64,000 nt of DNA, taken from the IMG/VR virus record IMGVR_UViG_3300046336_000034, positions 23,009 through 87,008 of that record; one strand, 5' to 3'. Shown piece after piece: positions 60,761 to 64,000 of the stretch (position 1 is the stretch's first letter; the number at the start of each line of letters is the position of its first letter). This DNA comes from a virus. Both the position numbers and the translations under genes were made by a program. A model generated the notes under the pieces. It searched no databases and had not been told where the DNA came from. It was given only the letters and a program-made list of their open reading frames with translations.

Positions 60761-61420
60761 TTAAACTAACTCAGAGTAATTAAATACTCTAGAAATAACT
60801 TCAGCAACTTTTAAAGCTAATTCACGGTGTTCTTTTTGTGTACTGACATCCTTACGAACTTGGATATAGTGAATCCAAGAGCGAATACTTCCTTGTACAT
60901 ACAGTTTAGACATCGTATTACCCTCTGGCAGTACTACACGAGCCTGTTCTTTAGCAATGCCATTACTTACTGCCCAATTGTAATTCCGCCGTGCAAGGTT
61001 AATAATCTCTAGTTGCTTCTCGTCCCATATATCTTGAAGCTCTTTATCTCGTACTTCAATACTATTTTGTCGGTTTTTTGTGTCCTGTAGACGGGCTTCA
61101 CGTAGAACAAACTCCATGTCTGTAGTTGGATTCGCGTATCTTTGACTAAATTCCTGAAATGAAAACGAACGGTGACGTAAAAGTTGTCGTGCAATGTCAC
61201 GAGGGCATTCAATCTCTAGTGTAGCATTGCACATCTCAAGGGGTGACCAGTGCTGATTCTTAATCAAGTACTTAATAAGCTTATCTGCTGTCTCATTATT
61301 TAACTGATTACTTGGATTTGAAACCCTAGCACAGAATGCGATTAAATCCTTAGGTGTTTTGAAGGAGTCCTTAAAGTCCTCTGAAGGTTGTGTGTACCCA
61401 ATAATTTTAGCACTAATCAA
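60761..61420 (-). CDS. thyX: Flavin-dependent thymidylate synthase
   Basis: ARVSN, HWSPLE, RHRSFSFQEFSQRY, KEQARVVLP, TQKEH. Confidence 0.95.
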   Translation of the reverse strand: MISAKIIGYTQPSEDFKDSFKTPKDLIAFCARVSNPSNQLNNETADKLIKYLIKNQHWSPLEMCNATLEIECPRDIARQLLRHRSFSFQEFSQRYANPTTDMEFVLREARLQDTKNRQNSIEVRDKELQDIWDEKQLEIINLARRNYNWAVSNGIAKEQARVVLPEGNTMSKLYVQGSIRSWIHYIQVRKDVSTQKEHRELALKVAEVISRVFNYSELV

Positions 61421-61620
61421 ATCTTACCTCCTTTAATAAAGGTCTTCAATGTAGAAGTAAATACTTCAATTACGTCTCTCTCAATAAGTTCTACTACTCC
61501 GAGCAATACAATACTAAGCGGGAGAGCGATTACACCAATGAGCACATAAATAAACGCTGCCAAGTACCCTAATTTATGTGTAGCTAACCACTCCAATGTT
61601 TGCCAATATTTATTAATCAC
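61417..61620 (-). CDS. Small membrane protein
   Basis: Hydrophobic central segment. Confidence 0.55.
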   Translation of the reverse strand: MINKYWQTLEWLATHKLGYLAAFIYVLIGVIALPLSIVLLGVVELIERDVIEVFTSTLKTFIKGGKI

Positions 61621-62147
61621 TTGTTTTCTCCTTTGTTTAGTTTAGGGTTTAACATTAGCTCCAATAAGAACATAGCGTTCACAGCCACAGCACTCAAGTG
61701 AGTAGTTGTTGGGTCAATATTATCTGCGTCATAGATTTCACCTTTACGGTGCGCCTCTAAGTGCCTGTACAAAGCGTCAAGGTATCGTTCTTCAGCTTTA
61801 TCAACCTGCATCCAGTTATTACGAGCAGGGTACTTCTTCAAACCTACTGTTAAGTTCTTTGCCACGGCTTCTAGGGCGTATGGAGGGACAAGACTGTACA
61901 ACGTCTTACCATCATCATATTTAACCCCCTGAGAGGCTTCTGTGGCTTTCTCAGGGGGTGCTGAAGGTTCTACATCAGTACAGCCTTCGACCTTGAAAAC
62001 ATAAGAGAGTGAGCATCCCTCGTCAACTAAAGCATCGCACAAATTCTTGTCACATCTTGCTACACATATATCACAGTTATACCCATAATAATTAACAGGC
62101 TCTGAAGTATAGGTAACACCTTTGTGAATTTTAATTATGTTTTCCAT
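61617..62147 (-). CDS. dATP/dGTP diphosphohydrolase-like protein (DUF5664-type)
   Basis: GVKYDDGK...L.P...G.KKY..NNW...YLDALYRHL...GE..D...HL....NAMFL. Confidence 0.8.
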   Translation of the reverse strand: MENIIKIHKGVTYTSEPVNYYGYNCDICVARCDKNLCDALVDEGCSLSYVFKVEGCTDVEPSAPPEKATEASQGVKYDDGKTLYSLVPPYALEAVAKNLTVGLKKYPARNNWMQVDKAEERYLDALYRHLEAHRKGEIYDADNIDPTTTHLSAVAVNAMFLLELMLNPKLNKGENK

Positions 62148-62667
62148 AGTTCTCCTCTACTCGTTTAGAAACAAACTTGCCTAAATCATTGGATACAAAA
62201 TTGAAGGGTTTTTTAACCTTTCCTGTTTTCACATCCCGAAGGACATAGCAGTTCTCGTCTTGATGAAAAACAGAGGTTACCTCTACACCTTGACGTGCAT
62301 AACGGTCAACGGACTCTTGTGCAACATAAGGAGAGTTTGTGTATTTCGAGAGATTGTTCTCTGCTGTAGCAACTGCTGCTGAGTCCACATTTACACCTAG
62401 AGCTTCTAACTTCTGCAAAAAACCCATGACTGTAATGATGATGTCCAAGCAATCGTCTAACGCTGGCACAAGCATGTAGTCCTCAAGAGTCATGCGGTGC
62501 TCATCGTAAGCAACTTCACCGCCTAGGGTTGTGGTAAGTTCTTTAAACTCCTCACGTACGTAAGTGTATTGCTCGATGAAAGCTTTTTGAGATAGCTCCT
62601 TAGAAGCACCTGAAATGTTATTGAACTTTTTAGTAAGTTCGTATAGTTCACTGAATTTATTTGTCAT
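62131..62667 (-). CDS. MazG-like all-alpha NTP pyrophosphohydrolase
   Basis: EEFKE, LDDCLD, NNLSKY, GKVKKP. Confidence 0.75.
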   Translation of the reverse strand: MTNKFSELYELTKKFNNISGASKELSQKAFIEQYTYVREEFKELTTTLGGEVAYDEHRMTLEDYMLVPALDDCLDIIITVMGFLQKLEALGVNVDSAAVATAENNLSKYTNSPYVAQESVDRYARQGVEVTSVFHQDENCYVLRDVKTGKVKKPFNFVSNDLGKFVSKRVEENYGKHN

Positions 62668-62852
62668 TTATTCTCCTTTAAAATTTCACAATCGGTTTTA
62701 AAAATAATATTACTGAAGCCGTCAATAGCTCTGACAAGGTAGCTGTCTTCGTACTCACGGTAAGTGTCAAAGATTTGCCCAGTACACTGATTATACCATA
62801 GAAGGTTGTCGTGGCACTTAATTATTTTGATTTTCATGTTTCTACTTTCCAT
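62664..62852 (-). CDS. Hypothetical protein
   Basis: ORF track. Confidence 0.55.
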   Translation of the reverse strand: MESRNMKIKIIKCHDNLLWYNQCTGQIFDTYREYEDSYLVRAIDGFSNIIFKTDCEILKENK

Positions 62853-63447
62853 GCCGAGATGAGTAGACTATACCATGATTTAGTTCGAGCAGGAGTATCT
62901 GTTCAAGACGATAGTCTGTAGCTGTTTGTTTAGCCTCGTAGTCACCTAACTTATGAATTGAGAATCTTTTAATCCTCTTTCTATCATTCTTATCTCTCCA
63001 CTCTGCTATCCAATAGTGGTAAACGTACAACTTTCCGAGCTTGAACACTTCATCTTTTTGACGATAAACCCCATTAACACCAGACGAATTGTTAGATTTC
63101 ATTCTTGTGTTTTTGCAGTTATCAGTGTGAGACACAATCTTTAGGTTTTCAATCCTATTATCATCTCTAATACCATTTGCATGGTCAATGAAAGGTTGTC
63201 CCTCTCTCTTGGGAAAATCACCGTGTATGTATAACCAAGCCAACCTGTGTGCTAGATAGTTGCACCCATTGATTGTAATACGGACATACCCTTGTTTAGT
63301 TACAGTACCAGCAACTTGACCTACTTTGATTTTTCGAGCTTTAGATAGCAACCAATAAAACAAACCAGTTTCAAACTCATACCTTAACACTTCCTTTAAC
63401 AACATATATGGAAGCAGTGCTTCTTTGTCTTTATTAATTTTTGCCAT
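62842..63447 (-). CDS. HNH homing endonuclease
   Basis: AHRLAWLY, IDHANGIRDDNRIENL, NSSGVNGV. Confidence 0.9.
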   Translation of the reverse strand: MAKINKDKEALLPYMLLKEVLRYEFETGLFYWLLSKARKIKVGQVAGTVTKQGYVRITINGCNYLAHRLAWLYIHGDFPKREGQPFIDHANGIRDDNRIENLKIVSHTDNCKNTRMKSNNSSGVNGVYRQKDEVFKLGKLYVYHYWIAEWRDKNDRKRIKRFSIHKLGDYEAKQTATDYRLEQILLLELNHGIVYSSRHGK

Positions 63448-63512
63448 TTTATTCCTTGAAATTAGAAAATCCCACCCAAAGGTAATACCCCTAGGTGAGA
63501 TTATATCACAGA

Positions 63513-64000
63513 TTATTCTGTTTTGTAACGGTCAATAAGATACTGCGTACTGACAAAAGCTGGTTCAGCAAACCCGTTCTTAGCTTGGTAGAGCATAACA
63601 ATGCCCCTGTAGTGATTGTTCCCTTGATGCCCCTTGTATGCCTCCTTAAAAGGGTAACTAGCTCCTGCGACAATACCAATCCGCATTGTGTTATCCAGTA
63701 CAGGCTGAATTGCTACGTCAAGGGTTTGCTTGTGTCCTACACAAAAGGATACACCAACAGCCTTCAACTGACTAGCTGCATTGCCGCCATACGGTTTCCC
63801 ATTAAAAGGATTGGATAAGTAATGTACGAAATTGATGCCTTGAATATTAACAGGTTTAAGGAAGTCATGTACCTCCCAGTCTTTTTCTAGGTCAAGTAGA
63901 TGATAGCCGATGAAGCCTTCGAGTTCAGTATTCTCAGAGGGTAGTCGCATAAGACGACAGTTGCCTGTGAAACTAACAACTCCGTCCCTTCGCGTTATAA
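63513..64000 (-). CDS. Metallophosphoesterase, C-terminal part (runs off the right edge)
   Basis: Frame is open to the edge; FVHY, GHKQ, GASY, RGIV motifs of phage calcineurin-like phosphoesterases. Confidence 0.75.
   Translation of the reverse strand, partial: ITRRDGVVSFTGNCRLMRLPSENTELEGFIGYHLLDLEKDWEVHDFLKPVNIQGINFVHYLSNPFNGKPYGGNAASQLKAVGVSFCVGHKQTLDVAIQPVLDNTMRIGIVAGASYPFKEAYKGHQGNNHYRGIVMLYQAKNGFAEPAFVSTQYLIDRYKTE
63960..64000 (-). mobile_element. Probable intein C-terminus
   Basis: In-frame ITRRDGVVSFTGN followed by Cys. Confidence 0.65.

Noticed and set aside
57621-61420. Introns or inteins in nrdA, nrdB, thyX
   Set aside because: ORFs are continuous and of normal length
61617-62147. 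Z-genome or deazaguanine system
   Set aside because: No purZ or queuosine-pathway genes in the window

Overview
64 kb segment of a large, probably virulent siphovirus (long non-contractile tail; host likely a proteobacterium, inferred). Minus-strand morphogenesis block, 1-28.2 kb: TerS; TerL split by an ORF-less group I intron in its Walker A; portal; an unusual ~10.7 kb cassette of large beta-rich proteins between portal and prohead protease; scaffold, decoration protein, capsid, head-tail genes, tail tube, frameshifted tail chaperones and a partial tape measure. Then tRNA-Thr, tRNA-Asn and a ~1 kb cluster of structured RNAs (28.2-31.1 kb), a plus-strand block with PhoH and a ClpP-like protease (33.5-40.3 kb), a ~5 kb pre-early-like island with phased TTACA arrays (40.8-45.8 kb), and a minus-strand block with Imm, SleB-like hydrolase, HU-like, Mom-like, SprT, dCMP deaminase, NrdAB, ThyX, NTP hydrolases and a phosphoesterase that appears to carry an intein. 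About 11 free-standing HNH/GIY-YIG endonuclease genes are present. Top observation: five of them carry a ~55-nt three-stem leader RNA (four of one scaffold, one variant) whose variable loop is complementary to that gene's own ribosome-binding region, suggesting an orthogonal RNA-based self-silencing system. All calls are from motif recognition by eye; no searches were run.
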